The notes beneath the pieces are model-generated. The model saw only the letters and a program-made list of their open reading frames with translations. It had not been told where the DNA came from and made no database searches. The translations under genes were made by a program, and so were the position numbers. Below, piece by piece: positions 10,975-24,643 of a stretch of 64,000 bases of DNA (position 1 is the first letter of the stretch; each line of letters starts with the position of its first letter). Source of the stretch: Octopus vulgaris (taxonomy: Eukaryota); the NCBI GenBank assembly GCA_951406725.2, contig OX597816.1, forward strand, positions 77,500,001 to 77,564,000, given 5' to 3'.

Positions 10975-11805
10975 TAGGGTGTGATGAATAAACTGTCATC
11001 TACATTGCGCAAAAATGAAAATAACACTGACATCTAATTTTAACAGATATATTTACCAAAATTGCATAAAAATATCTTGAAATAGTAACGAGTAAATTTA
11101 TTCAATAAAATTGCCATTGGCCTTAACCACAGCTTCTTGACAACTTTAGAATCTCCTTCAACTCTTCTGGATGGTCTCCTTGTTTAAGTTGGTGAATGCT
11201 GCCATAATCCTTGCCTTAAGTTCATCTTTAGTGTTACAAGGAGTTTTGTTGGTTTCTCACTCAACTGCACCCTGTACATAATAATAATGGGAGTTGCAGC
11301 CCGGGGAGTTAGGTAGCCAGATGTTAGGGGTGATGTGGTCACAGAAATTGTCTGACAGCCATGACTGGGTTCTCCTGCTTGTGTGACTTGGTGCAGAGTC
11401 CTATTGTCAGATATATGGTCTTCCAGCAGACACTCTCTTGACCCAGGGCAGCACTACCTCCTCCAGGCACCTGATGTAGGCCTCCGTGTTGAGTCTGATG
11501 CCATGTGGGAAGATGAATGGAAGCATAATGTTGCCATCACTAGCAATCACTCCAAACACCATGATGTTGACTGGATGTTTGATTTTTATCACTGTCGGCA
11601 CGTTTCTATTTTAGCTTCTGGTGCGAATGCTAAGCATTACAGCATGTCGTTTCCAAATTTCTCACAGAGTGAATTGTATCATGGTGCTGTTTTTCTCACA
11701 AACAGTGCTCAACTGACCCTACTGTGTAGTCAACAAAATCAAAAACAAACAATGTGCATGCGTGAAATTAAAAATATAAAATAGCAACAATTCACCCATC
11801 GCTCC

Positions 11806-11808
<3 letters not shown>
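10975..11808 (-). mobile_element. Internally deleted Tc1/mariner (DD37D/maT-like) transposon
   Basis: Minus strand KHPVNIMVFGVIASDG...QQDSAPSH...WLPNSPGCN; degenerate TIRs (TAGGGTGTGATGAATAAACTGT vs CAGGGAGCGATGGGTGAATTGT) each flanked by TA; short N-terminus fused directly to the catalytic region. Confidence 0.8.
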
Positions 11809-11844
<36 letters not shown>

Positions 11845-11860
11845 CATATATATATATACA

Positions 11861-13455
11861 CATCATCATCGTTTAACATTCGCTTTCCATGCTGGCATGG
11901 GTTGGACAGTTTAACTGAAAACTGGTAAGCTGGGGGAGCTCCACTAGGTTCCAATCTGATTTGGCAAGGTTTCTATGGCTGGATGATTTTCCTAACACCA
12001 ACCTCTCTGAGTGTGTAGTGGGTGCTTTTTCTGTGCCAGACGGCACTGGCATTGGCCACAACTACAATTCCATGATTTTGTGGCATCGGCCATGACTATG
12101 ATCTTACGTGGCTTGACGTCTCTGCCTCAATGAGGCCCAACACATGAATGTTGCTTTTTATGTGCCAGTCAGACAGCACTTTCGTTGACCACAACCATGA
12201 TTTCACTCAGTTTGACTGGTCTTCACAAGTACAGCAAATCACCCAATAGTTGAAGTGTGCATTTAATGGGCCAGTTCCTTGACACTGGCATCGACCATGA
12301 CTATGATCTCACTTGGATTGACAGGTCTTCTCATGCGCAGCATATCTCCAAAGGTCTTGGTTACTTGTTATTGCCTCTGTGAGGCCCAACATTTGAAGGT
12401 CTTGCCTCACCATCTCATCCCATGTCTTCCTGTGTCTATCTCTTACACATGTTCCCTCCACCATTAGAGTGCAACACTTCTTCACACAGCTGTCCTCATC
12501 CATACACATCACATGACAATACTAATGCAGCTGTCTCTTGCACACCACATCTGATGCTTCTTATGTCCAACATTTTCTCTCAGGGCACTTACACTGTTAT
12601 CTATGCACACTGACATTACACATCCAGCAGAGCATACTAACTTAATTTCTTACAAGCCTACACATGTCCTCACCGTCACAGGCCATGTTTCACTGCTGTG
12701 TAGCATGGCTGTTCACTCACAAGCATCAGCATTTTACTCTGAGTGAGAGGCCCTTTATTACCAGCAGAGGTAGGAGCTCTCTGACCTTTGCTCAGGCTAT
12801 ACTTATTCTAGCAGCTACACTCTCACCCCCCCCCCCCCTATTGATTTGGTCACTAAGGTAACAGAAGCTAGTGACTACTTCTAGTTTTTCCCCCTGGAAT
12901 GTGATGGAATCTATTTTCTGCGCATTTTTTGGTGTTTATTGTACTTGTGCACCTTCCACACACAAAAGCTATCTTCCTTGTTAACTTTCCTCTGATATTG
13001 CTATACCTCTTATGCGTCCATAGCTTACACCAGGTGCACCTTATGGAGTTTCTACCTACACTTTTTCTATAGATTGAGCAGGGCCATTTATCTGAAGGGT
13101 TTGTGATTTGTCCAACTTCCTACTTACTAAAACTTTGGTTTTTACTAGGTTAACTCTAAGGCCCTTTGATTCTAGACCTTGTTTCCACACCTGAAACTTT
13201 TTCTGTAGTTCTGGTTGTGATTCAGCTATAAGAGCAAGGTCATCAGCATAGAGGAGCTCCCAGGAGTAGCCTGTCTTGAATTCCTCTGATATTGTCTGGA
13301 GGACTATGATGAACAAGAGGGGGCTGAGGACTGATCCTTGGTGAAGCCCTACTTATACCGTGAATTCTTTGCTAAACTCATTGCCAACTTTCACCTTACT
13401 AACAGCATCCCTGTACATGACTTGTACAGCTCTCACCAACCAGTCATCTATCCCA
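11861..13455 (-). mobile_element. 5'-truncated RTE LINE (RT domain to tail)
   Basis: LLYADDLALIAES in ORF 13056..13316; C-terminus in ORF 12309..12512; (CAT)n tail at 11861. Confidence 0.9.
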
Positions 13456-13819
13456 CACATGTCTTTGTGTGTGTGTGTATGTATGTATATATATATATAT
13501 ATATACATAGACTTATATATGTACATACATATATGCCTGTCTTTTTATATAGTATAAATACTATGTATGTTTAGTTTAATGTCTGTTTTTCTGTGCTAGC
13601 TTTGTTTAGCGGGTAGGAGGGGGGAAATTGAGGCAGAATTTTTACAGCTGGTTGTTCTTCCAGTCACCAACTTGTACTTGTTTTGATGTAAGGAATTTGT
13701 TTGATTTGTAGACAGGGAGTATCAACAAACATCACTGGTTGCAGCCCAGCCACGGATGGTGACATCACCATTTGTGACCGTAGCTCAGTGTAGTTTTGTA
13801 AACATTCACACATATACAC

Positions 13820-14040
13820 ATGGTCTTGTCTTGCAAGTTACTTGGTGATGTGGTGGTGTTATGTAATAAGCACCCAGTACACTCTGTAAAGTGGTTGGCT
13901 TTAGCATGGGCAGCTAGCTGCAGAAACCATCCATGCCAGTAAGACTTGACATTGTCTTCTTACTTATTACCTCCTGTCAAACTGTCCAATCCATGTCAGC
14001 ATGGAAAGCAGATGTTAAATGATGATGACGATAATGACAC
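13820..14040 (+). mobile_element. RTE 3' tail fragment
   Basis: CACCCAGTACACTCTGTAAAGTGGTTGGC...AGCATGGAAAGCAGATGTTAAATGATGATGACG. Confidence 0.7.
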
Positions 14041-15499
14041 ACACATGCACTTGTGCATGCATACACACATGCACATGCAATCACACATGCCTAGTATAAG
14101 CTAGATAGTGACAGCATTGAAAGTGAGTACAAAATAGAATTCAGTTTATAACTAGTAAAATAGTGAAGAAATTAGTTATTTTTACTTAGAAATACATACA
14201 TACATACATACACACACACACACTGCTTATAAACAGGGAAAGTCATTCATAACAAAAATCCACATTCACATGAAAACAAACATACACATGCTTGTGCATA
14301 CACATGCACACTTAATGAAAGTATGTATTTAGCAAATGAAAAAAAGCTTCACATCATTCTTGTAACTGCGTGTGCGTGCGCATGTGAGTTTGTGCATGTG
14401 TGTCTTTGTTGTGAATGACTCTGTATCTAAGTGTTGTATGCATGTATTGTGTATGTAGATGGTCTGTGCATTCTTTTTGTTTTCTTTGTCAACTGAAATG
14501 GTGTCAGACTTTTGTAAATGTGTTGATATGATGATGAACAAATTTGTTTGCATTTTGAGGCTTCTTGGGGGTCAGATTCACATTTTATAGTGACATTTCA
14601 TATTTTAGTGTGTTTGTATATATTTTTCTTTGGTCAGAGGGAGTGTCTGTCTATTTATCTAGCTATAAGTAATATAAATCAGCGTTCACAACCATTATCA
14701 ACACCAAAACCAATACAACCGCTGCCTTTACCAATGCATCAACTCTTTAATGACGAACAACAATAGTATGAACAACATGAGTAACTCAATGTAAAATACA
14801 ACACTATTACATGAGATAATTTGGTATTCTAATGTGTTTAAAATGTTAAATGAAATGTCTTTGATCTTAGGTCAATGAGGATTGATTTGGGGCTGGTCTT
14901 CAATGACAATACAATTAAGAAGCACAATATGACACTGCCACAACCAACAACATTCCCGCCATCACCCCATTAAAACCAACACTGCCAACCCATCAACTTT
15001 TGAATAACCAACCGATTACAAGAATAATAGTTTCAGTATGACAACAATGTCTGTAGCTACATATGTTGTATGTCAACAGAGGTGTGTTTGTGAATAGAGT
15101 GTAAAACTTTTAAGGTCCAAGATAGAGGTGGAAAGGCAAAGTGCTCATGAAACTGGTAAACTAATTATATAATACTTTCTCCCACCTTACTCTTTTATCT
15201 TTTCATTTTCATTCTCACACCCAAAGGAATAAGACAATTTTTAGCTCTCACAAAACAGTTCTTTCCTGATGCTATTTTGTTACTACATATTTGTTGAGAA
15301 TAACTTCTGATCATTGCTGCTGTTGGGTTTATCTACAACTCAAGAGCTCAAGAAGATACTCCATTAACTGCTTAGACCATATTTTTTCATAGATCTATTG
15401 TAATGTCATACTTAAAATGGAATGGCACTTGGATGTATGGATCAGGGATCAAGCTGGATGCCTTCTAATAAACATGATGCTGATTATGAAAAAACCTAA

Positions 15500-15700
15500 A
15501 GTTTGTATGATGGTTTACTGAAAAAGGAAGGTGAAACTTCTAATGAAAAACCTTGAAATTCTCCCAATTCTGCTTGAATTGACTGCAAAGAACATTACTA
15601 AAGGGTTGTTACTTACAGAGAAAAGTCTGCAAGATTTTGCTGATAAAGATCCTAATATAACATAACATTTACTAAAAGAATTTGTACATGTCTTTATATT
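15500..15700 (+). mobile_element. Possible pogo/Tigger transposase C-terminal remnant
   Basis: LTAKNITKGLLLTEKSLQDFADKDPN resembles the Tigger-type ...F...DPN C-terminal motif; short and degraded. Confidence 0.35.
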
Positions 15701-15714
15701 CAAAACTCTCCTTT

Positions 15715-16040
15715 GACCCAACCAACATATCTTCCTTTTCATTGACCATTTCACTTGTACCACTAGAAATGGCATCTCTTTTCTTAAATGTCAATTCTGT
15801 GATATTTTATGTGTTAGAGACATTGGCCACTGATTAGTGGATCATATCATCAAACATCTACAAGACATCTACTTAATATCACTTTGTTGCTCATCATTCG
15901 ACTCACCTATCCATTCTATTTCTCACCTCTCAGCTAGTCTGTGGGGTTATTTCACACTGAGGTTCCTCAGCTTTCTGCTATCATAAAGAGTAACACCTCA
16001 TCTTGGATGCTTTCTTCCCTCCTACGAGCATGAATAATAT
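15715..16040 (+). mobile_element. Penelope-like GIY-YIG endonuclease remnant
   Basis: HFTCTTRNGISFLKCQFCDILCVRDIGH*LVDHIIKHLQDI aligns by eye with the Penelope pattern FTCxSxNVIYxIxCxxCxxxYIGETxRxLxxRFxEH. Confidence 0.55.
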
Positions 16041-16649
16041 GACCATATTCGTGTAACTACACCCTACCACACTGCAAATGTTTGAAATTCAGTAAATCAG
16101 GGGAGGTAACTATTTTTGCTTTTGTCCACTAGCAGTACCTACATTCAGTGAGCCAGGTTTATAAGTCAGCCCACTCTGATGAAAATGTACTCAACTATCT
16201 TGTGTATTATTGAGTGATTTTGCAGTTATTAATAACATGATCTGACTGTTCTATGCATGCAAATTTTGTATGTGTGTTTGTATGCTTATTTACATTTGCA
16301 CTCTTCAAAAGTCACTTTCTTCAAAAGTCACTGTTATCTCCTCTGTTAAGAAATTGTTTGCTTGCTTTCTGTTTTTAAAGATGAATGAAATAAGAGATCC
16401 CTTATTTGAAAAAGAGGTAAGAGTTAGTGAAAGGAAGGACATCTAGCTAGTTTGGAAATAGATTTAAACTGAATATATATATTTTCCTTCTCTTCCTTAT
16501 CTTTTTATATCTGCTTTGGGGCTCTAGTAGAAGATACTTGCCCAAGGTACCATGTAGCAAGAATGGACCCAAATTATGTGGTTGTGAAATAAACTTTTTA
16601 ACCACACATTCATGCTTGCATGTGTTCATATATATATGCCTGTTTGTAT

Positions 16650-17210
16650 GTGCTTCAAACAGGAACAGGGAAGACCCACAGACCTTGATTTTCCCTGATT
16701 TGGGAATCCAAAGGTCCACATTTATAGTAATGCAAGCAAAGACAGCCAGTCTGAGCAAGATTGGTGTACAACAGCACTCAATTTATTTGGATTGCCAATC
16801 TCTGGAGATTGTTGATGCAGTTTCATGTCTATCAATGGAAACTTAGAAAGTGATGTTGAAGAGAGGTTTAGAAAAGTTTCAGATGCCCTCCACTACTTGA
16901 AGCTTTTATTGTTAAACTCCCCTATCAATTGAGGTACCAAACTGTGCCTGTATAGAACCAATATCTTTCCGAGAGCAACTTAGGCCTGCAAGATGTGGAA
17001 AAAGACTAGCAGGATCTATAGAACTGCAGATTTCTTCCATAGACATTGTCTTGATATCCACTCTAAGAATTTCTTGGTGGAAAAACATGAATTAGTTATG
17101 GAGAAAGGTCAGGCTGAGTCATTTATGGAATATGATTGCTGTGAGATGATGGAAGATTTTCAGCCATGTACTACACATGAATATAAGCTTGAGAAAGGAT
17201 GTCAGCGGTA
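16650..17210 (+). mobile_element. Degraded RTE-like LINE ORF2 fragment
   Basis: IYLDCQSLEIVDAVSCL and downstream LYRT...FHRHCL motifs typical of the post-RT region. Confidence 0.5.
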
Positions 17211-17260
17211 AGGAAGGTGTGTGGGTTTAGCCTGATAGTTTGTGTAAATGGAAAAGAAAA

Positions 17261-17505
17261 TACAATACCCCATCCAAAAATGAAAGTATTTTTAAAATAG
17301 ATAAAAAAAATATCAACTAGATTACGGCAGCTTCAAGACAGCTCCAGAAAATGGCACACGCATCCTTCACTATGTCCCTGGAAAGATCTTCTGACACCTC
17401 CTTGATCTTGGCCACCAGCTTGGCCTTGGTGTTACAGGCATTGTGGTTGGTGTCTTTCTCAACCATGCCCCATATATAGTAACCCATGAGATTGCAATTG
17501 GAGGA
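17261..17505 (-). mobile_element. Tc1/mariner transposase 3' fragment
   Basis: Minus strand CNLMGYYIWGMVEKDTNHNACNTKAKLVAKIKEV...CLEAAV, homologous to the C-terminus of 10975-11808. Confidence 0.7.
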
Positions 17506-20041
17506 TAAAAGGATGTGTGATGAGAGGCGAGCAAGTAATAGGACTGTTAGAGGAGTGGGAGGTGGTCACTGAGACTGATAATGCTGGATGGCAGTAACAA
17601 TGCATGTTACTGGATTTGCGCGTGTAAACAGATTGGCCACTTGTTACTTTGGCATTGGGCAAGTGATGTAGACACCTGCTGAGAACCCCATAAGGTTAAA
17701 AAATCAATGCAGGCTGTACATAGCTTTTCCCAATCTGCAAAGAAATAGTTATATTTGCCCTGCCTGTATGTCTGCTACGTAGGTCAGTCTCTCGCTCTCA
17801 CCTTCTCCTTGCTTGGACTGGCAGGTGTGTCTTCTCCTGTACATACTGTTTTGAATTAATGTAGCTCTTTGTCATCTGCTTCATGAAATGCAAGAAATTC
17901 ACACGTGTGAACGCGTGCACACACACAGTCACCAATTGTATAGAGATGGATTTAACCAAGAACTCAATAGAAATTATACATCAAAGAGATTGCAGTCTAA
18001 AGAGTAGATTTATTATCCTTACAGTGATGCCTGTTTTGATTGTGTGAATCTTACCTTTTGAAGGAAAATCAAAAATAGGAATATTCTTTGCACTAAGAAT
18101 GCTGAAAATTTTGTGACTCTTTTAAAAGCACTAAAAACATTTCATTGATGTTTCCCAATAATATTTTCTTCTCTATGGATAATTATAAGTCAAATTGAAC
18201 TAATGATTCTTATCGTCTAGAACACAATTAACGAAAGAAATATCTACTGAACCTATTAATATTACAAATTAGAGCATTTTCATTTTGTACTAAGAATCGT
18301 TATCCCCTATAAACAACATAATAGATTTATTATAGATTAATAATCTAAAATGGCGGTGCCCCAGCATGGCCACACAGCTCATGAGCTGAAACTAGATAAA
18401 ATAAAATAAATAAATAAAATAAAATAAATAAATAAAATCTTATTGGCATCTTTTCTAGAAATAGATGGACATGACCCTTTTAGATCTATCTATATCAAAT
18501 TTTGCCATTAACAGAAAATATATGTAAAAAAATTAAATGATATATGGTTCATAACTTTCACAGATCAATAATGGACTAAACTTGTACCAATAAACCCGAC
18601 TAAATTCCAATTATTAATTATTCTTGCTTTTAATATCACCAGCATATTTTCAATCAACTCATATATACATTTCATCTTTATCGTCGTTGTTTTAATGTCC
18701 TTTTTTAACATTCTTGCATGGTTCTGACAAAATTGGTCAAAGCAGATTTTTGCACAATGTCACCTGTTTCCAAGCAAGGTAATATTCCTTCATGGCTTGA
18801 TCTACTTTCATGGAAGATTGGAAATCATCCACACCACACATATATTGTATACCTTTATGAATAAATGTACTTAGTAATATACCCTTAACCTGTAAGATAT
18901 GTTGTCACATGCAGAATTATATATCTAAAAATATAAATCCCATTATGTCTGTGTGTGTATATATGTGTAAAAGATTATAATGGGCATATTATTCAACTGA
19001 TCGAGCTGAAATTTTCCTCATATGTAACAGACATCACAGTGGGTGCATCAGTTAAATTTCATAACACGATTGTTAGTTTCAAAGTGAGATTTGCCCTTTT
19101 AAAATCAAAATCTTGATGGAAAATCCAATTTCAATAGCGCTTGTTGGCTATCATTCCACAAATCACATATGAACAGCCACTATGTTCATCCAGTCAGCAT
19201 CAGAGCATTAATTGCATTTAGCTTTCTTAGCAGTTTCATGAAAGAACATATGTGATTGCAATAAAACATTCGATAACATTCTAGAATGAACTGTACTCGA
19301 ACATGTGCATCCAGGCATGTCATTCTATATTTAATAAATAAGCTGACACAAAAGAGTAAGAAGACAAGGCAATTATTTTGAATAAGTAAAAATGAAATAA
19401 AATTTTAACTTTATTGAATAAATGGCACTATTTTGCGATCAATCAACTGTGTGAATATTTACTTACAACAAAATTCAGTTGATGGTAGTAAATGACAAAT
19501 TGATTAGTAATTGAATGTGGAAATTTGGGTGACAAATATCTAAAACTTTAGCTAACAGTTTCTTATATAAAACAAAAAACGAGCAGTATTTTTTTACTTT
19601 TGCATGACTCATTTGATTTGACACGTACATGCCCATTGTTTATTCTTTAATTCCATTTCATGAAGAAGGAATATTAGTATCAACATTTCAAATTACGAGT
19701 TATTTTTTATCAGTTAGCATAATTGAATGATTTTTGGCAAATTCTTCTAATCATTTTGATAAATTTTACAGATCAAATACATTGGGTTACCTTCTAAAAA
19801 AAGCACTATTTGGTTGGTTCTGGTAGCTTATTCATCCACAAGGTTTGCTACTTTATCGGTCAACATCGCATATTGCCAAACCCTATATCTCATTTGAAGT
19901 TTTCCGTTTATGTAGACTTAACTTTATTTATAAAGAATTTTCATTACTTACAAATTAATATAAGGTAATTTTAATGCTAACATCCTTTTTTCCTAAAAGA
20001 AGTCTGGTTTTGGCTCTCTTCCATTTTCAGAGATGATTTAA

Positions 20042-20185
20042 GGTGGCAAGCTGGCAGAATTGTTAGCACACCAGGTGAAATGCTTAGTGGTATTTCACCT
20101 GTTGCTACATTCTGAGTCCAAATTCCGCCGAGGTTGATAAATTAAGTACCAGTGAAATGCTGGGGTCAATGTAATCGGCTAGTGT
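20042..20185 (+). mobile_element. SINE family B
   Basis: GGTGGCAAGCTGGCAGAATTGTTAGCAC...TTCTGAGTCCAAATTCCGCCGAGG...AAGTACCAGT; same family as 27490-27880, 32049-32260 and 57272-57485. Confidence 0.8.
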
Positions 20186-20225
20186 GTGTGTGTATATATA
20201 TAAATACAGTATGTATAGAATATAT

Positions 20226-20415
20226 ACTTTTTTACTTGTTTCAGTCATTTGACTGTAGCCATGTTGGAGCATTGCCTTGAAGGGTTTTAGTCAAGCAAAT
20301 TCACCTCAGGACTTATTTTTTTAAAGCCTAGTACTTAATCTATCATTCTCTTTTGTTGAACCACTAAGTTACAGGGACATAAACTCATCAACACCGGTTG
20401 TCAAACACAGACACT
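20226..20415 (-). mobile_element. SINE family A, 3' half
   Basis: TTTTACTTGTTTCAGTCATTTGACTGTAGCCATG...GAACCACTAAGTTACAGGG as at 266-440. Confidence 0.8.
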
Positions 20416-20689
20416 ACGCATAGATATGTACATGACGTATCATCACCATCATTGTTTGATGCCTGCTCTCCATGCTGGCATGGGTTGGACGGTTTGAAAT
20501 GGAGCTGGCTTGCAGGGAGCTATCCAAACAACAACTGTCTGTTGTGGCATGGTTTCTACAGCTGGATGGCTTTCCTAACATCAAAGAATATATATGAAGT
20601 CTGATCAATTAGTTTATGGTCTGCTGCCATAGTAACAAAGCTAAAGTATGCAGAGTGAAGCCGCTTAGCAAAAATTGACTTTGAACTCT

Positions 20690-20925
20690 GCTTCTGAAAT
20701 TAATGACACATGTACCCTTAACATAGTTCTCAGGAAGATTCAGTGTGACACAGTGTGACAAGGCTGGACCATTGAAATACAGGTACTACTTATTTTTGCC
20801 AGCTGAGTAGACTGGAGCAACAAAATAAAGTGTCTTGCTTAAGGATACAATGCATTGCCAGGAATTGAACTTCTAACTTTACAGCTGTGAGCCATATTAC
20901 CCTAACCACTAAGCCATGCACCTTC
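20690..20925 (-). mobile_element. tRNA-derived CORE-type SINE (octopus OR2-like)
   Basis: Minus head GAAGGTGCATGGCTTAGTGGTTAGGG...AGTTCAATTCC, CORE-like GTATCCTTAAGCAAGACACTTT, and a tail shared with 20948-21327. Confidence 0.75.
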
Positions 20926-20947
20926 ACGCATACAATACATACACATT

Positions 20948-21327
20948 GGTGGAAGCACAATTGACCAGTGGTTAGGGCAGCAGACTTGCAGTTATAGGAT
21001 CGCAGTTTCAATTCCCAGACTGGGCATTGTGAGTGTTTATTGAGTGAAAACACCTAAAGCTCCACGAGGCTCCAGCAGAGGGTGGTGGCGAACCCTGCTG
21101 TACTGTTTCACCACAACATTCTCTCACTCTTTCTTCCTGTTTCTGTTATACCTGTATCTCAAAGGGCCAGCCTTGTCACACTCTGTGTCATGCTGAATCT
21201 GCCTGAGAACTATGTTAAGGGTACATGTGTCTGTGGAGTGATCAGTCACTTGCACATTAATTTCATGAGCAGGCTGTTCCGTTGATCGGATCTACTGGAA
21301 CCCTCATCATCATAACTGGAGTGCCAC
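20948..21327 (+). mobile_element. tRNA-derived SINE (octopus OR1-like), full length
   Basis: tRNA-like head CCAGTGGTTAGGGCAGCAGACTTGCAG...GTTTCAATTCCC, a unique middle, and a tail shared with the OR2-like element. Confidence 0.8.
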
Positions 21328-21933
21328 GATATACACATTGCTTTTTCATCTTTTTTCCCTTTTGCTTACATGGTTTACATGTATTTTTTGTAATTCAGCA
21401 TCTTATCACTTGTCAGCTACTTTCTGTTTTTGTCTGTATAAACACGATATAGTTTATTACTGAATTAGAGGAATCCTTTAATAATATATTCACAGGTTGT
21501 GATCTCTATTAATAATTTTCAATTCCCAAATGTAGCTTGACAGAGTGGTATCACTTCTGAGGAGGTTTTGGGCTTATGTAGTTGTATTGATTATAGTGTA
21601 GCTTAAAGACTTCAAGGAAAGGCCATCTTTGCTTTACATGATTGCTTGGTTTATACTGAACATTGATAAACAATATATTTTCTGCTAGGAAGAGTTAAAT
21701 GGACATGTACGTGTGTGTGAGTATTATTGAGATAATTGGATGGTTCATTGCTTCACACTAGCCATTGGTGTCATCTCTGTTGGGAATCTTCAGACTTTTA
21801 TGACCCCCAGTACTCCCCATCTCTTATGCTTTCCTTATTGACTCTTCTTAGCACTCTCTCCTTTTATCTCCCCTTTATAATCCTCTTGCTCTAGTCCTTT
21901 TATTCTGGTGCATAAATGTACCAGGAAGAGAAC

Positions 21934-22432
21934 CAGGTGGAATTCTGCTTCAAGCACCTCATATAACCCCTCGTAACTGTTTTTTTGGAATTTTTAGAAA
22001 ATTTTTGCAAATTTGTAATGTACACACAGACATTCATATTAATGACACCCCCACCACAAATGTTTGTGTGATTTAAGGTCTATTTAGCTGTTATTTTTAG
22101 CACATCTCCTGACTACCCGATATCCTCCTCATTTGTTTGTCACTCTGACATATTGAATGTTTTTTAATATCTTTCTTCCCATAAACACACTTAGTGGTCT
22201 GTTGCTGGGATTTTGAGCAAAATATTTGGACTGTCTATTTTAAACTGTGATTTTAAAAATGGAAAAATAAAAAATTTTTTTAATTTCGAAAAATTAAAAA
22301 AAAAATTTTTTCATTGTCGTATGAATTCCTTTTTGTAGAACGTAAATTTGCAAAAATTTTCTGAAAATTCCAAAAAAAATACAAAAAAGTTTGTGAGAGT
22401 TTATATGGGGTGCTTGAACCAGAATTCTGCTG
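21934..22432. mobile_element. MITE with ~80-bp terminal inverted repeats
   Basis: GAATTCTGCTTCAAGCACCTCATATAA...TTTTTGCAAATTT mirrors AAATTTGCAAAAA...TTATATGGGGTGCTTGAACCAGAATTC. Confidence 0.75.
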
Positions 22433-23981
22433 AGAGCGTCTTCTGCAGATTATGAAGAAGCTCGAGTTTCGTTACCTAGATATTTAAAATTTTTGTTAAA
22501 TTTCTGATCTTTGTGGTGTCTAAAGAATGGATATTGATGTGTATCAGCTTTTTTTTTTGTTTCCAAATGCAGTTCTGGTGAGTTGAACTGGCATTTACTT
22601 TATCTTGTCTTACTCATTTTGCTCCATCTAAATTTGTCTTTTATATGCTCAAAGGGAACTGAGATAATTTTCTGAAATAGTTTTCTGAATATGTTATAAT
22701 GCTTTTAATGTAGTATTTGTTCTGTAGTGAACACTTTTTTCTCAAAGTAATAAATGCAATAAATATTACTCATTGTGCCCACCACATCAGACTTTTGGAA
22801 AGCTGTCATATATGATGAAATTCCCCCTTTTATATCAGGATTTTCCTTTTCTTTTGGGTATTGCAACACACTGAAGGAAAGCTTTTTAAAACAAACATTT
22901 TAAAAATCCACCTCCTTTAAATGTTTGTACCCCACCTCCACACTCATCGTGCCTTTGGAAAAAGCAACAACCACTAAAATGATATATTTTTTTCTTTTTC
23001 GTAATTTTCTATTATTTTATCATATTTTACATTCTGAAACATTTGCAGCTCGTATTAGAGAAAAATATATTACCTCATCTTTCTATCTACTTTTCACAAT
23101 GAAGGAAAAGTCAAGTGGATGTGTGATAAAAAAATTTAAAATTTGAAAAGTGTATCTATAAAGTGACATTTCAGTTGGTTATTTAAACTTTTTCTTCTAA
23201 CACATCAAATTCATTTACATGCAATACATGGGTTTTGAGATTATAATTCATTAATTTTCCAAGATTTTAATTCTTGTGTATGAAGGGCCCACCGAATTTG
23301 AAGTAGCCCGGGTCCCCCATGGAATAGATCCGGTGTTGGTCACTGAACAGAAAAAAGGCGGGAAGCCGCCCACGGGACTTTAATCACTTATTTACTATCA
23401 CTTTGAGGATCGTGTTCTCTATTGATCTTTTTATTTGCCTGATCGTTAAATTAGGGGACTTAGACGTAAGCACGGATGCACAGACACATGCACGTTTTAC
23501 ACACGTACTGTGGATATATATATATATATATCCATCCACACGTACATGATGGGGTTCCATCCCATATTCACGTTTCCGTACACCAAATTTCACTTACATA
23601 GTATTGGTCAGCTCAAGGTTGAATGATACTGTTGCCACAAAGTGGAACCTAAAAACACATTGTTGCGAAGCGAACTTCATAACTTGCGCAAACGCACCTG
23701 TGCCTAGTTGTTTGTTGTGTAGAAAAGCTCTGTCAAAAAAAAAACAAAAACAATAGCAACAACCTAAGCAACGTAGAACGTGCTCTTTGCGTCAGATCTA
23801 ATTTTTCTTCAGTGTTTTGAACGTCTTAATGATTTTTGTGATATTCTTTTTTGCCTGTGTAGAGTGGTATTTTGACTTGCAGTTTCGCAGCGAGAGTTTA
23901 ATTACGTTTATCGACAATAAAATGTTATTTATTGCCTGTATGCGTGCATATGTTTGGACGTATGTGTGTCTATATAATATG

Positions 23982-24643
23982 ATCACAGTACAAGATAGTA
24001 CCAGCATTGCTAGAAATAAGAGTCAAAACAGCTCCCCCCCCCCCCATTTTCTCGCAATTTATTGTTTATTTATTTATTTATTTTTTTGACCCGAAACCCA
24101 CGTTTTCGGATACGGAGATTCCGGAAAATTGCCAAAAATCGGAATTTTGTAGTTTTTTGTGCCCCCTACTCCCTGTCCCAAATTTCTTCCATTTTTCACT
24201 TTTTTCCATAAACCTAACCCTAACCCCGTAAGCAGAAAAATGTTTTGAAATTTTTTTTCAGAATCATAATCTCCGTGTTTTGCCGCATATTTTGACTTGT
24301 GAAAAAAAAAAAAAAAATTTACAAAAATGTTTGAAAATGTTTTTCAGGATCATAATCATAATCTCCGTATTTTTCTGCATATTTTAAAAAAAAATTCTGA
24401 AAAAAGTTCAAAATGAAGAATTTTTTGAGCGGGGGGATGGGGCGAAAATTTCAAAATGCCGATTTTTGCCAATTTATTTTGCAGATTCGTATTCTCCGTA
24501 GCCGAAAATGGGGGTTTATGTAGCAAAAAAAAAAAATTTAAATAAATAAATAAAGGGGTGCTTTTTTTTTGGGGTGGGGTTACAAACGGAAGTCTTGCCC
24601 GACTCTTATTTCTAGCAATACTGGTACTATCTTGTACCCTGAT
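23982..24643. mobile_element. Foldback MITE with long imperfect TIRs
   Basis: GTACAAGATAGTACCAGCATTGCTAGAAATAAGAGTC mirrors GACTCTTATTTCTAGCAATACTGGTACTATCTTGTAC (1 mismatch); looser inverted similarity continues ~200 bp inward; CCTAACCCTAACCC inside. Confidence 0.85.

Noticed and set aside
16176-16225. CTGATGA downstream of the Penelope-like remnant
   Set aside because: No GAAA or stem III follows; at most a decayed relic.
18055-18101. Possible 47-nt minus-strand exon (ILSAKNIPIFDFPSK, vaguely C2-like) bounded by AG and GTAAGA
   Set aside because: Too short, with no neighbouring exons identifiable; chance occurrence is likely without RNA-seq.
20948-21025. tRNA gene
   Set aside because: It is the decayed tRNA-derived head of a SINE continuing into the SINE body; no intact cloverleaf.
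24213-24227. Interstitial telomere CCTAACCCTAACCC
   Set aside because: Only ~2.5 units and internal to a MITE, where such motifs are common.
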